NCBI GenBank assembly: GCA_964016885.1
Contig: OZ024740.1
Span: 207,576,001 to 207,640,000 of the forward strand
Reading direction: 5' to 3'
Origin: Eledone cirrhosa
Lineage: Eukaryota
Length of the DNA stretch: 64,000 nucleotides
In this document: in pieces, positions 13,201 to 28,188 of the stretch
How positions within the stretch are numbered: position 1 is the stretch's first letter
How the letters are laid out: every line of letters starts with the position of its first letter
The notes under the pieces: model-generated
Databases searched by the model: none
Seen by the model: the letters and a program-made list of their open reading frames with translations, nothing else
What the model was told of the DNA's origin: nothing
Made by a program: the position numbers and the translations under genes

Positions 13201-14790
13201 GTGGTGTTGTTAAGAGTGGTGATAGTGGTGGTGTTAAGAGTGGTGGTAGTGGTGGTAGTGGTGGTGTTAAGAGTGGTGGTAGTGGTGGTAGTGGTGGTGT
13301 CAAGAGTGCTGGTAGTGGTGGTGTTAAGTGTGGTGGTAGTGGTGGTGTTAAGAGTGGTGGTAGTGGTGGTTGTGGTGGTATCAAGAGTGGTGGTAGTGGT
13401 GGTGTTAAGTGTGGTGGTAGTGGTGGTGTTAAGAGTGGTGGTAGTGGTGGTGTCGAGAGTGGTGGTAGTGGTGGTGTTAAGAGTGGTGGTAGTGGTGATA
13501 GTGGTGGTGTCAAGAGTGGTGGTAGTGTTGGTGTTAAGAGTGGTGGTAGTGGTGGTGTTAAGAGTGGTGGTAGTGGTGGTGTTAAGAGTGGTGGTAGTGG
13601 TGGTAGTGGTGGTGTCAAGAGTGCTGGTAGTGGTGGTGTTAAGAGTGGTAGTAGTGATGGTGGTAGTGGTGTTGTTAAGAGTGGTGATAGTGGTGGTGTT
13701 AAGAGTGGTGGTAGTGGTGGTAGTGGTGGTGTTAAGAGTGGTGGTAGTGGTGGTAGTGGTGGTGTCAAGAGTGCTGGTAGTGGTGGTGTTAAGAGTGGTA
13801 GTAGTGATGGTGGTAGTGGTGTTGTTAAGAGTGGTGATAGTGGTGGTGTTAAGAGTGGTGGTAGTTGTGGTAGTGGTGGTAGTGGTGGTGTCAAGAGTGC
13901 TGGTAGTGGTGGTGTTAAGAGTGGTAGTAGTGATGGTGGTAGTGGTGTTGTTAAGAGTGGTGGTAGTGGTGGTGTTAAGAGTGGTGGTAGTGGTGGTGTT
14001 AAGAGTGGTGGTAGTGGTGGTGTCAAGAGTGGTGGTAGTGGTGGTGTTAAGAGTGGTGGTAGTGGTGGTGTTAAGAGTGGTGGTAGTGGTGGTGTTAAGA
14101 GTGGTAGTAGTGGTGGTGTCAAGAGTGGTGGTAGTGGTGGTGTTAAGAGTGGTGGTAGTGGTGGTGTTAAGAGTGGTGGTAGTGGTGGTGTCAAGAGTGG
14201 TGGTAGTGGTGTTGTCAAGAGTGGTGGTAGTGGTGGTAGTGGTGGTAGTGGTGGTAGTGGTGATGTCAAGAGTGGTGGTAGTGGTGGTGTTAAGAGTGGT
14301 GGCAGTGGTGGTGTCAAGAGTGGTGATAGTGGTGGTGTTAAGAGTAGTGGTAGTGGTGTTGTTAAGAGTGGTGGTAGTGGTGGTGTTAAGAGTGGTGGTA
14401 GTGGTGGTGTTAAGAGTGGTGGTAGTGGTGTTGTTAAGAGTGGTGGTAGTGGTGGTGTTAAGAGTGGTGGTAGTGGTGTTGTTAAGAGTGGTGATAGTTG
14501 TGGTGTTAAGAGTGGTAGTAGTGGTGATGTCAAGAGTGGTGGTAGTGGTGGTGTTAAGAGTGGTGGTAGTGGTGGTGTTAAGAGTGGTGGTAGTGGTGTT
14601 GTTAAGAGTGGTGGTAGTGGTGGTGTTAAGAGTGGTGGTAGTGGTGGTGTTAAGAGTGGTGGTAGTGGTGTTGTTAAGAGTGGTGGTAGTTGTGGTGTTA
14701 AGAGTGGTGGTAGTGGTGGTGTTAAGAGTGGTGGTAGTGGTGTTGTTAAGAGTGGTGGTAGTTGTGGTGTTAAGAGTGGTGGTAGTGGTG
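10266..14790. repeat. 24-bp minisatellite (GGTGGTAGTGGTGGTGTTAAGAGT and variants), ~4.5 kb
   Basis: TTAAG recurs at 10681 and 10705 (period 24); GAT/GGT and GTC/GTT variants. Confidence 0.95.
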
Positions 14791-15038
14791 AAGGCTGATG
14801 TTATTGATGGTATGTGTGGTAATAGTGATAATGGTATTATTTTTGTTAGCAGTGGTGATGGTATTGGTGGTGTTTGTGTTGGTAATGGTGGTTTTGGCAG
14901 CGGTAGAATCGTTGGAAGTATTGGTGGTAATGAAGTGGTGGTGGTGGTGGGGTGGTGGTTACAACGGTGTGTGGTTGCTGTCCTTGGTGCTGGCGTAAAA
15001 ATATAGAAAATAAAACAAATGTTATAGAGAAAATGTAT

Positions 15039-15070
<32 letters not shown>

Positions 15071-15306
15071 CGCCAACAACAACAACCACAGCAACAACAC
15101 CAACAACTAACAAAAAAAACCATGACACCCCCACCTCATCCTTCTCCCTCTTCCCATAAATACGTTTTACCCAGGAAAAAATATAAAATAATAAAACATA
15201 ATAAGAAACCGGATGTATGTTACATTCCTGTCTTATAACGGAAGTGAGAGAGGGAAGAGAAGGAAACAACGAATGATCCGAAAAAATGAAAAGTGAGAAA
15301 AAATAA

Positions 15307-15395
<89 letters not shown>

Positions 15396-15904
15396 TATAT
15401 ATATATGATATATATATATATATATGACATATATATATGATATATAATATATAACTATATATATATAAGAGAGAGAGAGAAAAGAGAGAGAAGGAAGAAG
15501 GGGTAGAGTGGAATTTTTTTTATTTTGTCCAACTTCCAAATTCTGTTAATTTGACAATATTGGATAAGAGTAGTTATAGTATATATTGGTGTGAACTGTG
15601 ATTCCTTCAAGCTCTTACTTACGACATGTGAGTTTGTTTGGTTCTGAGGCGTTTATGGTTTTAGATTTCTATAGAACGTGTGTCTGATAGGACGAAGGTG
15701 TCAACATCATGTTCTAAGTGGAAGATAAATGTTTTTCGTTTGCATTCCTCTCTTGATTTTGTGTTTATGGTGGCAGACTTTTGAGAAACGACTAATAAAG
15801 TTGCTTGCTTAATGTTGCAGTGTTGGCATATTATTTGACGTTGTTATTGCCACAGTAACGTACTGGGTATTTGCTGGCCTTGTGCCAAAAGTAGAAACAG
15901 TTAT

Positions 15905-16115
15905 TGCCACAACTCCATGATAACTCCTTGTCGAAAACCATCCTTCTAGGGAAGGAGGGCGAAGAAGAGGCAGACAAAGAAAGTCCTGGTCGGATAACAT
16001 CAAAGGCTGGACTGGTCACACCACCGAGACCCTTCTAAGCAGAATAGAACGGGTTCCACCATGAAACAGAAGTAGGGGTCTCAACAGCCGATAACAGCAC
16101 GATCATCAACATAGA
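15905..16115 (+). mobile_element. RTE-clade LINE 3' fragment
   Basis: Translation KTILLGK.EG..RRRGRQRKSWSDNIKGWTG matches the RTE C-terminus. Confidence 0.7.
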
Positions 16116-16236
16116 CACTACAGTACATACATAAAAGAGATATCCCACAAGGCAACATAGAACTGCAATTACACAGCAATTATATAAAGCATAGACCACC
16201 CTAAACACAATACATGAAATACACACACATACATTG

Positions 16237-16300
<64 letters not shown>

Positions 16301-16391
16301 ACACACACACACATATATATCAACTACACACATATATCTCAAATACACACATAAATATCCAATACTCACACATAATATAACACACACACAC

Positions 16392-16422
<31 letters not shown>

Positions 16423-16527
16423 TGTATATATATGTATATATATATATGTATATATATATAAAAACAAATAACGAAACGAAATTAAATTTCGTTTCGCTTC
16501 TAACTCACTTTTGTATGACTGACGCTT

Positions 16528-16803
16528 AAACAATTAAGTTAAAGTGTACATCTACATATGTATACGGAAGTATTAGTATGCATATAAATACACACATGTA
16601 TACATATGTACATGTACTCAGTTTTTCACTAGACACTTTACAGTGAGTGTCAGCTAGTCTGTATGTAACCACACAGGCGGACCGGGTTTTAGAGTCATAC
16701 GAGTTTTCAAGGAAACACATTTCCTCTATTCTCCAGAGGGCCAGACAGGAATATTGGACTAGTTTCGATGTTATTACATAGATGTACACTTTAACTTAAT
16801 TGT
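16528..16803. repeat. Short element with ~21-bp inverted ends and a half hammerhead (minus GAAAC TA GTC)
   Basis: ACAATTAAGTTAAAGTGTACATCTA versus TAGATGTACACTTTAACTTAATTGT; the CUGANGA strand is absent. Confidence 0.55.
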
Positions 16804-16844
16804 ATATATATATATATATGTATATATATATGTATATATATACA

Positions 16845-18937
<2,093 letters not shown>

Positions 18938-18941
<4 letters not shown>

Positions 18942-19483
18942 GTAGGTAAAGTCAATTTTTTAAAATTTATTTTGAAACTTTCATTATCTGCTAAACCTTG
19001 TTTATATATGTTCTGGCTCGTTAATTTATTAACCTGCCAATGAACCACATTGGCATTTGGTTGGACAATACATGCGTCCCTTAGCGCCTTGTGCGTGAAG
19101 GAACACATATCCTATTATTACTATTCTCCTCTATTGTTGAGAAGCAAATTTGGTTTTTCCGACTGCTGCTAGTGATAGTTGCGGCCGGTTGACCTACCTC
19201 CCTCTGCCTCTATCTTTACTTCGGCCCTTGAAAAAATTGATTCCACTTCATTCACTCTCATCTCGGGAACAGTTTTGGATAGCGCTAGTTCGTAATTTAT
19301 ATTCAAGAATTTTATATTCTTCGAATGAAAAGAACCTTCTGACGAGAATCTTTCTTTGCAACGAAGGCCGTATGGCCTCCGTTTATTTTTGGGATTCGAA
19401 ACCGATCGGTAAAGGTAACTATAGTAGGTAAAGTCAATTTTTTAAGATTTATTTTGAAACTTTTTCATTATTTTCTAAACCTT

Positions 19484-19490
<7 letters not shown>
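18938..19490 (+). mobile_element. Retrozyme-like 482-bp unit with ~70-bp terminal direct repeat
   Basis: AGTAGGTAAAGTCAATTTTTTAA...CTAAACCTTGTTTATATA at 18941 and 19423; flanked by (TA)n; contains an HHR. Confidence 0.8.
19334..19416 (+). ncRNA. Type I hammerhead ribozyme with canonical core and extended stem II
   Basis: ACCTT CTGACGA GAATC..(AACG.AGGCC gtat GGCCT.CGTT)..GATTC GAAAC CGATCG GTA AAGGT. All three stems pair; GUA triplet at 19409-19411. Confidence 0.88.
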
Positions 19491-19556
<66 letters not shown>

Positions 19557-19564
19557 AAAGTCTG

Positions 19565-19825
19565 TCTTAAGCCAGAATACTCATTTGGCTGGTGCTTATC
19601 CCGGTTTCATGGCGTGAAGCAACTGAGAATACAAGACTCCCCCCTGGACAGGACGCCAGTCCATCGCAGGGTTAAACCTCCAGCTATTGCAGGTACTCAT
19701 TTTCAGCTGAGTATACTGGAGCAACGTGAAATGAAGTGTTTTGGTCAAGAACACAACACGCAACCCAGGAATCGAACCCACGACATTATGATCGTAAGTC
19801 CAACACTCTTACCACTAGCCCACAG
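19565..19825 (-). mobile_element. tRNA-derived SINE family B
   Basis: Minus strand has A box GGCTAGTGGTAAGAG, B box GGTTCGATTCC and a core TTCTTGACCAAAACACTTCATTTCACGTTGCTCCAG. Confidence 0.8.
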
Positions 19826-20470
19826 AATGAAGAGGTCACAAAATGTGTGATGAAAGAACTTTGACAATATATGAACAACCGTCCGGTTATGGAAGCAACC
19901 AACCAACCGGAAATTTATAAATTCTTAAATTTATAAATTTAATTTATAATAAATTGGAGTGAAAGCAACTGGTGCGTGTGCTTCTTATTGGCAACATGAC
20001 CCTCCCAAAGTATAACAATATCGGTTTCAACACACGTTTTCAGATAAAGAACCTTGCTAAAGAAATTCAGAAACGATATATATATTTATATAAGTATGTA
20101 CACGTACATACATATATGTATACAGACGTACAGTAGTATGTATATATATATATACATATATGCACACATATATATATGTACGTATGGATTCACCGAACAT
20201 TTATTATAATATACACATATATACTCATACATATATATACTCACACAGCTGAAATATGATTCAACTTCAAACAACCAAACAAGGAAATAATGAAGAAAAC
20301 GTTATATTGTAGAACAAACAGAGATTTGGCAAATATTTGTAACATAGAACAGTAAATATGGACGTGTTGAATATGTGTGTGTGTGTGTGTGTGTGTCTAG
20401 GTAAGTGTGTGTGTAGTATGAGAATGTAGGTGTGTGTGTTTAGTATGTGTAGTATGCATGTGCGTGTGTA

Positions 20471-20845
20471 ATATGTAGATATGTATGTGTATGTAGGCAT
20501 GTGTGTATATGTAGATATGTATGTGTATGTAGGCATGTGTGTAGTATGTAGATATGTATGTGTATGTAGGCATGTGTGTAGTATGTAGATATGTATGTGT
20601 ATGTAGGCATGTGTGTAGTATGTAGATATGTATGTGTATGTAGGCATGTGTGTAGTATGTAGATATGTATGTGTATGTAGGCATGTGTGTAGTATGTAGA
20701 TATGTATGTGTATGTAGGTATGTGTGTAGTATGTAGATATGTATGTGTATGTAGGCATGTGTGTAGTATGTAGATATGTATGTGTATGTAGGCATGTGTG
20801 TAGTATGTAGATATGTATGTGTATGTAGGCATGTGTGTGTATATG
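20471..20845. repeat. 37-bp minisatellite (~10 copies)
   Basis: AGGCATG recurs at 20531 and 20568. Confidence 0.9.
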
Positions 20846-21032
20846 TAGGGATGTGTGTGTAGTATGTGTGTGTGTGTGTGTAGTATGTAGGTATGTATAT
20901 ATGTGTGTGTGTAGCATTTTTTTACGTTTTACTTCAGGAGGTAAGCAGAGCGTCTGTGAAGCTTTATTTTTTCAGGAGATCCAAGACTGGTAGGAAGAAA
21001 AGACGAAGTTGTCATCAAAAGGAAGACCACAG

Positions 21033-21087
<55 letters not shown>

Positions 21088-21228
21088 GTGGAACACTGGA
21101 AGGTAATATCCGTAGTGGTAGAGCACTCAGTCCAAGGGACGAGTTAGGTAGAAGTGGTTACACCATACCGAGAACAATTGTTTCACCTTCGCGGATCTTC
21201 AGCAGATCCGCGAAGGTGAGTTGAAGAT

Positions 21229-21268
21229 CCGAGCTGAAGATCCGCGAAGGTGAAACAATTGTTCTCGG
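21229..21268 (+). ncRNA. Minimal type I hammerhead ribozyme (inverted, 5'-truncated copy at 21168-21203 on minus)
   Basis: CCGAG CTGAAGA t CC gcgaa GG t GAAAC AATT GTT CTCGG. Perfect 5-bp stem I; palindromic AACAATTGTT. Confidence 0.8.
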
Positions 21269-21296
21269 TATGGTGAACTAACTGTTGTGTAACCAC

Positions 21297-21720
<424 letters not shown>

Positions 21721-21794
21721 TATATATATATACATATATGTATATATGTATGTATGTAAATATATATATATATATATATATGTAAGATAATTTT

Positions 21795-22965
21795 GAGTTT
21801 AACACTCAATGGGGTCATTTACAATTATTTTAGCTCTAAGAATCATTTCTGAGCAGTATAAATTAATATATGATAAACACATACGTGTTTTTGTTGTAAT
21901 TGACAATAAAGTAGCTAGAATGAAATATCTTAATTCAAATACATATAGTCTGCCTGTGTCGATCTAAAAAATAATAAATCAATACTCACAAACACATATC
22001 GGCAAAAGGCCTTGGTACCTAGACACGTTTAAATTTCAAAATACAAACTTTTTCCGCAGATCAGTCCGAACTTCAAAATTTAAACATGTTTCACAAAGGA
22101 TGGTATAATAGTGAAATAATTAATTAATTAGTAGTGAGATAATTAATTTTCTGTGTTTATCAATAGGTACCCAGATAAATTAAGTAACTTCATCTCGGAA
22201 AAATATCTAAGGTCTGGTTAACGTAGCGAAAATACACGAGGTTTTGCACACGAATTATTCCAGTCCTCTAGGCTCCCATACTCATAGTGCTAGAAATAAC
22301 AGCCGTTTATATGGGATTACAAATTCAGTTCAACTGAGGGAGCAGTAATATAATATAATTGAGAGTTTACACTCAATGGGGTCATTTACAATTATTTTAG
22401 CTCTAAGAATCATTTCTGAGCAGTATAAATTAATATATGATAAACACTTACGTGTTTTTGTTGTAATTGACAATAAAGTAGCTAGAATGAAATATCTTAA
22501 TTCAAATACATATAGTCTGCCTGTGTCGATCTAAAAAATAATAAATACATATCGGCAAAAGGCCTTGGTACCTAGACACGTTTAGATTTCAAAATACAAA
22601 CTTTTTCCGCAGATCAGTTCGAACTTCAAAATTTAAACATGTTTCACAAAGGATGGTATAATAGTGAAATAATTAATTAATTAGTAGTGAGATAATTAAT
22701 TTTCTGTGTTTATCTTTTGCAGTTCGGAAACATGTTTAAATTTTGAAGTTCGGACTGATCTGCGGAAAAAGTTTGTATTTTGAAATTTAAACGTGTCTAG
22801 GTACCAAGGCTTTTTGCCGCTATGTGTTTGTGAGTATTGATTTATTATTTTTTAGATCGACACAGGCAGACTATATATATATTTGAATTAAGATATTTCA
22901 TTCTAGCTACTTTATTGTCAATTACAACAAAAACACGTATGTGTTTATCATATATTAATTTAATA
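21795..22965. mobile_element. Retrozyme-like 567-bp unit: ~1.6 tandem copies plus a ~240-bp inverted arm
   Basis: CACTCAATGGGG at 21803 and 22370; 22726-22965 is the reverse complement of part of the unit. Candidate U3-A8 HHR at 22080-22167 on minus. Confidence 0.8.
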
Positions 22966-22983
22966 TATATATATGTTTGTATG

Positions 22984-23056
<73 letters not shown>

Positions 23057-23124
23057 ATATATATATATACATGTATATACATATATATATATACATACAT
23101 ACATATCTCTCTCTCTCTCTCTAT

Positions 23125-23231
<107 letters not shown>

Positions 23232-23369
23232 TATGTCTGTGTGTGTGTGTAGTTCATATGTAGTGTGTATATACGTATTTAATCCAAGGCTGTATGTATG
23301 TGTGTATGTATAAGCTTCATACTAAGAAGAATATGTTTTTGCATCTCTGTGCTTCTGCTGTAATTTCTT

Positions 23370-23461
<92 letters not shown>

Positions 23462-23614
23462 AGCTTGTGTGTGTATATATATATGTATATATGCATAGTT
23501 AATAAATGAAACAAACGAAACACAGGAATATTCTTTTACACAGTTGTTGGAAGTGGCGTAGGTTTCGGACAGAAGTCCTTCTTCGAGGAAGTTGGGATAA
23601 GGACAGAACAGATA

Positions 23615-23664
<50 letters not shown>

Positions 23665-23834
23665 ATACTTGGGGAGGGTCATATTTGTGTAATATTGCCA
23701 TAATTAATAACAGAACACACTCACTGTTTGGTTGGTTTTCGCTTCTCGCTGTCTTTTATATCGGTAATCTAACTTACTCGGTCTTCATCGTCGCTATATA
23801 TATATATATATATATAAAGTTTAATATAGAAATA

Positions 23835-23884
23835 GCTTCTACAGGACTAGAACTGTTTCATTCGACAGAGATCATCAGGAAAGC
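23835..23884 (-). ncRNA. Type I hammerhead-like motif, family shared with 39190-39288
   Basis: GCTTTC CTGATGA tctctgtcgaat GAA ACAG ttctagtc CTGT A GAAGC; stem II is weak in this copy. Confidence 0.55.
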
Positions 23885-24087
23885 CTGATTGAACTCGGGA
23901 CTCACATACATGTATATTTCAGTTTATTTTGATCATGCTTTTATATTTAATTTTATTTCATTCCTTGTATTTTGATCATGCTTTATTTTTATTTTTATTT
24001 TTAATTTCATTCGCACCGTTTCCTTTCGCTATATGTCTCTCCACCACTCCCCTACACACCCTTTGAACTCTGTTCCCACACACTTCT

Positions 24088-24121
24088 CACCTGAGGAAGG
24101 GCTTATGCCCGAAACGTCGTT
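24088..24121 (+). ncRNA. Minimal type I hammerhead ribozyme in a PLE-type 3' end (~24000-24200)
   Basis: AC CTGAGGA A GGGC ttat GCCC GAAAC GTC GT; GUC triplet; AATAAA downstream. Confidence 0.78.
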
Positions 24122-24224
24122 CCCCACTCTCCAGAGCGTGAAATTAATAAACATTCGTTGTACTGCCTCTCTGTTTTGTTCCTGTTCAAATTTTTCCATT
24201 ATATATATATATATATATATATAC

Positions 24225-24322
24225 ATAATAATTGTTTCTACTTTTGGCACAAGGCCAGCAAATACCCAGTTCATTATTTTATCGACCTGGTAAGGATGAA
24301 AGGCAAAGTTAACCTCGACGGG
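24225..24322 (-). mobile_element. SINE family A, 3' half
   Basis: Homology to 6864-7056. Confidence 0.75.
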
Positions 24323-24369
24323 AAATAATGAGTGTGTGCGTGTATGTTTATGTTTGCGCGTGTGTGTAA

Positions 24370-24466
<97 letters not shown>

Positions 24467-24745
24467 TGTGTATGTGTGTGTAGTATTTCAATATAATATT
24501 ATCAGTGCTGTATGTCTGAGTCTGTGTTTAGTATGTAAGTCGAACATCAATTTATACGAAAGAACAGGATTATCGCCCCTTTCCATTCTGTCTTCTACCG
24601 CCAGCTCAACAACTTAGGTCACAGAATAAAACCGTTTGGAGACCCGCCGCTATGGAATTTGTGCTTGGTCACTGGTTAGTACTCTTTCCCTACTGTTGCA
24701 CTCTAAGATTTATGCTGATATACTTATTCTAAGTATCTGCTATTA

Positions 24746-25405
24746 TTACGGGGGTCGATAAAATAAAGTACCAGTAATGTACTGGGTAATTGCTGGCCTT
24801 GTGCCTAAAGTAGAAACAATTATTGTGAATAAGAGATTGGCAGTATCGGTAGAGGGTCGGACGCCATACTTTGCAGCACAGTTACGTCGCTTTACGGACT
24901 GAGTTCAAATCGCGCCGAGGTTAACTTTGCCTTTCATCCTTAAGGGGTCGATAAAATAAAGTACCAGTAATACACTGGGATAATTGCTGGCCTTGTGCCA
25001 AAAAGTAGAAACAATTATTGTGAATAATAGGGTGGTGGGTTGGCAGTATTGGTAGAGGGTTGGACGCCTTGCTTAGCAGCATAGAGTTACGGCCCTTTAC
25101 GGTCTGAGTTCAAATGCTGCCGAATTTAACTTTGCGTTTCATCCTTTCGGGGTCGATAAAATAAAACACCAGTAATGCACTGAGATAATTGCTGGCCTTG
25201 TGCCAAAAGTAGAAACATTTATTGTGAATAAGTTATGGCCTTTTGCGTTCTGAGTTCGAGTCCTGCCGGGGTTGGCTTTGCTTTTCTTCCTTGCGAGCTC
25301 GATGGAATAGAGTACCAGTGGCGCACTGGGGTCAATTTGGTCGACTTTCCCTCCCATTAAAATTGCTGGCCTTGTGCCTAAAGTTGAAACATTCATCGTG
25401 AATAA
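24746..25405 (+). mobile_element. Head-to-tail cluster of about 4 SINE family A copies
   Basis: Each copy ends GCTGGCCTTGTGCC.AAAGT.GAAAC...GTGAATAA. Confidence 0.85.
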
Positions 25406-25639
25406 GAGAACCCGCAGAGAATGTTCTGAAGCAACCTTCACACAACCTCACCAGTGCCTTGTGAGGGGGCTGGCCTGTGGACAACTATGTGATGGACGTC
25501 TCTCGACAGGGTTATAAGGAAGCTAGAAATAGCAGACGAAACTGTATTTAGGGCAGCATATCTTGAAATTGGTAGGAGGGCAAGGTGTGATGTGCTATGA
25601 TCAAAGATTATCACCTGTCTGGCTTAGAATAGTCCCGAA

Positions 25640-25693
25640 CGATGATGATGATGACGACAATGATGATGGTGGTGGTGATGCTGATGATGCTGT

Positions 25694-25728
<35 letters not shown>

Positions 25729-25786
25729 TTGATGATGATGTTGTTGACGATGTTGTTGATGTTAATGATGATGTTGATGGTGATGT

Positions 25787-25827
<41 letters not shown>

Positions 25828-25912
25828 GTGATGTTGATGATGATGATGATGGTGATGTTGATGATGGTGTTGTTGACGATGTTGTTGATGTTAATGATGA
25901 TGATGGTGATGT

Positions 25913-25962
<50 letters not shown>

Positions 25963-26026
25963 GTGATGTTGATGATGGTGTTGTTGACGATGTTGTTGAT
26001 GTTAATGATGATGTTGATGGTGATGT

Positions 26027-26085
<59 letters not shown>

Positions 26086-26146
26086 GTGATGTTGATGATG
26101 GTGTTGTTGACGATGTTGTTGATGTTAATGATGATGATGGTGATGT

Positions 26147-26184
<38 letters not shown>

Positions 26185-26191
26185 GTGATGT

Positions 26192-26229
<38 letters not shown>

Positions 26230-26262
26230 GTGATGTTGATGGTGATGTTGATGGTGATGGTG

Positions 26263-26294
<32 letters not shown>

Positions 26295-26345
26295 GGTGAT
26301 GACGAGGAAGATGAAGAAGATGAAGGCGATAATGGAGATGATGAA
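25640..26345. repeat. (GAT)n compound repeat with internal duplications
   Basis: Direct reading; gives spurious poly-D, poly-M and poly-H ORFs. Confidence 0.95.
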
Positions 26346-26379
26346 GTACGTATGTATACATGTAATATATATCTATGAG

Positions 26380-26669
26380 CTGTGAGAGTGTATGTGTGTG
26401 TGTGAGTGTGTGTGCGTGCGTGTGTGTGCGTATGAGTGTGTGTTTGTGTGTGAGTGTGTGTGTATGTGTATGAGTGTTCGTGTGTGAGTCTGTGTGAGTG
26501 TGAGAGTGTGAGTGTGTGTGTTTGTGTGTGAGTGTGTGTGTGTATGATTGTTCGTGTGTGAGTCTGTGTGTGTGTGTTTGTGTGTGAGTGTGTGTGTGTG
26601 TGTGTGTGTGAGTGTGTGTGTTTGTGTGAGTGAGTGTGTGTGTGAGAGTGTGAGTGTGTGTGTGTGAGT

Positions 26670-26710
<41 letters not shown>

Positions 26711-26746
26711 TGTGAGAGTGTGAGTGTGTGTGTGTGAGTGTGTGTT

Positions 26747-26777
<31 letters not shown>

Positions 26778-27076
26778 GTAAATGTGTGTTTGGGTTTGTG
26801 TGGTTGTAGAATTGAAATGAGGATCGCAGTTGAAGCTGAGAAAGAGAGAGGAAGAGAGTGAGTGAGAGTGAGAGAGAGATGGAGAGAGAGAGAGGGAGGT
26901 AGAGATTAAGAGAGGGGGGAAAGATAGATAGACAGAGCGAGGGAGGGATATATATATATATATATTTATATATATAGAGAGAGAGAGAGGAAGGGAGAGG
27001 TTGAGAGAGGGAGGAAAGATAGATAGACAGAGCGAGAGAGGGATATATATATAGAGAGAGAGAGAGTGAGAGAGAG

Positions 27077-27124
<48 letters not shown>

Positions 27125-28149
27125 GGAGAAGAGATAGATAGATCGATAGATAGAGAGAGAGAGAGAGTGCGAGAGAGAGAGGAAATGCCATTTTTAAAGA
27201 ATATTTTACTTCAGGCCTTACAGATGGTGGTGGGGTTGATGGTGGGGATGGTGTTGGTGGTGGTGGGGATGATGTTGGTGGTGGTGGGGATGGGGATGTT
27301 GGTGGGGATGGTGTTGGTGGTGGTGGGGATGATGGTGGGGATGGTGTTGGTGGTGGTGGGGATGATGTTGGTGGTGGTGGGGATGGGGATGTTGGTGGGG
27401 ATGGTGTTGGTGGTGGTGGGGATGATGGTGGGGATGGTGTTGGTGGTGGTGGGGATGATGTTGGTGGTGGTGGGGATGGGGATGTTGGTGGGGATGGTGT
27501 TGGTGGTGGTGGGGATGATGGTGGTGATGGTGGTAGGGGTGGTGGTGGGGATGACGGTGGGGATGGTGCTGGTGGTGGTGGGGATGATGGTGGGGATGGT
27601 GGGGATGGGGGTGGGGGTGGGGAGGCGATGGGGGTGGTGATGATTGTGGCAGGTATGAGGTGGTGGTGGTGGTACCGGTGATGGTGGTGGTGCTGGTGGT
27701 GGTGGTGGTGGTGGCGGTGGTGTAGGTGGTGGAGGAGGTGATGATGGTGGTGGCGGTGATGATGATGATGGTGCATGTATGTATGTGTATATATGTTTGT
27801 ATGAGTGTGTGTATCCATGTGTGTGTATATATGTGTGTATGAGTATGTGTATGCATGTGTGTGTGTATATATGTGTGTATGAATGTGTATGAATGTGTGT
27901 ATCTATGTGTGTGTGTATATATGTATGTATGAGTGTGTGTATCCATGTGTGTGTGTATATATATATGTGTGTATGCGTGTGTGTATCCATGTGTGTGCGT
28001 GTATATATGTGTGTATGCGTGTGTGTATACATGTGTGTGTGTATATATGTGTGTATGAGTTTGTGTATCCATGTGTGTGTATATATGTGTGTATGAGTGT
28101 GTGTATCCCTGTGTGTGTGTATGAGTGTGTGTATGCATGTGTATGTGTG

Positions 28150-28188
<39 letters not shown>

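Noticed and set aside
8559-15539. Very long ORFs (1981, 1599, 1470 and 785 aa)
   Set aside because: They arise from stop-free triplet-derived repeats and run through (TA)n/(GA)n microsatellites; not called as genes.
20915-21022. Degenerate minus-strand HHR-like motifs here (TTGATGA..AAAAC GTA), at 23555-23590 (CTCGAAGA..GAAAC CTA) and at 37672-37752 (CCGATGA..GAAAT)
   Set aside because: Core substitutions and poor stem I; probably decayed relics, not counted as ribozymes.
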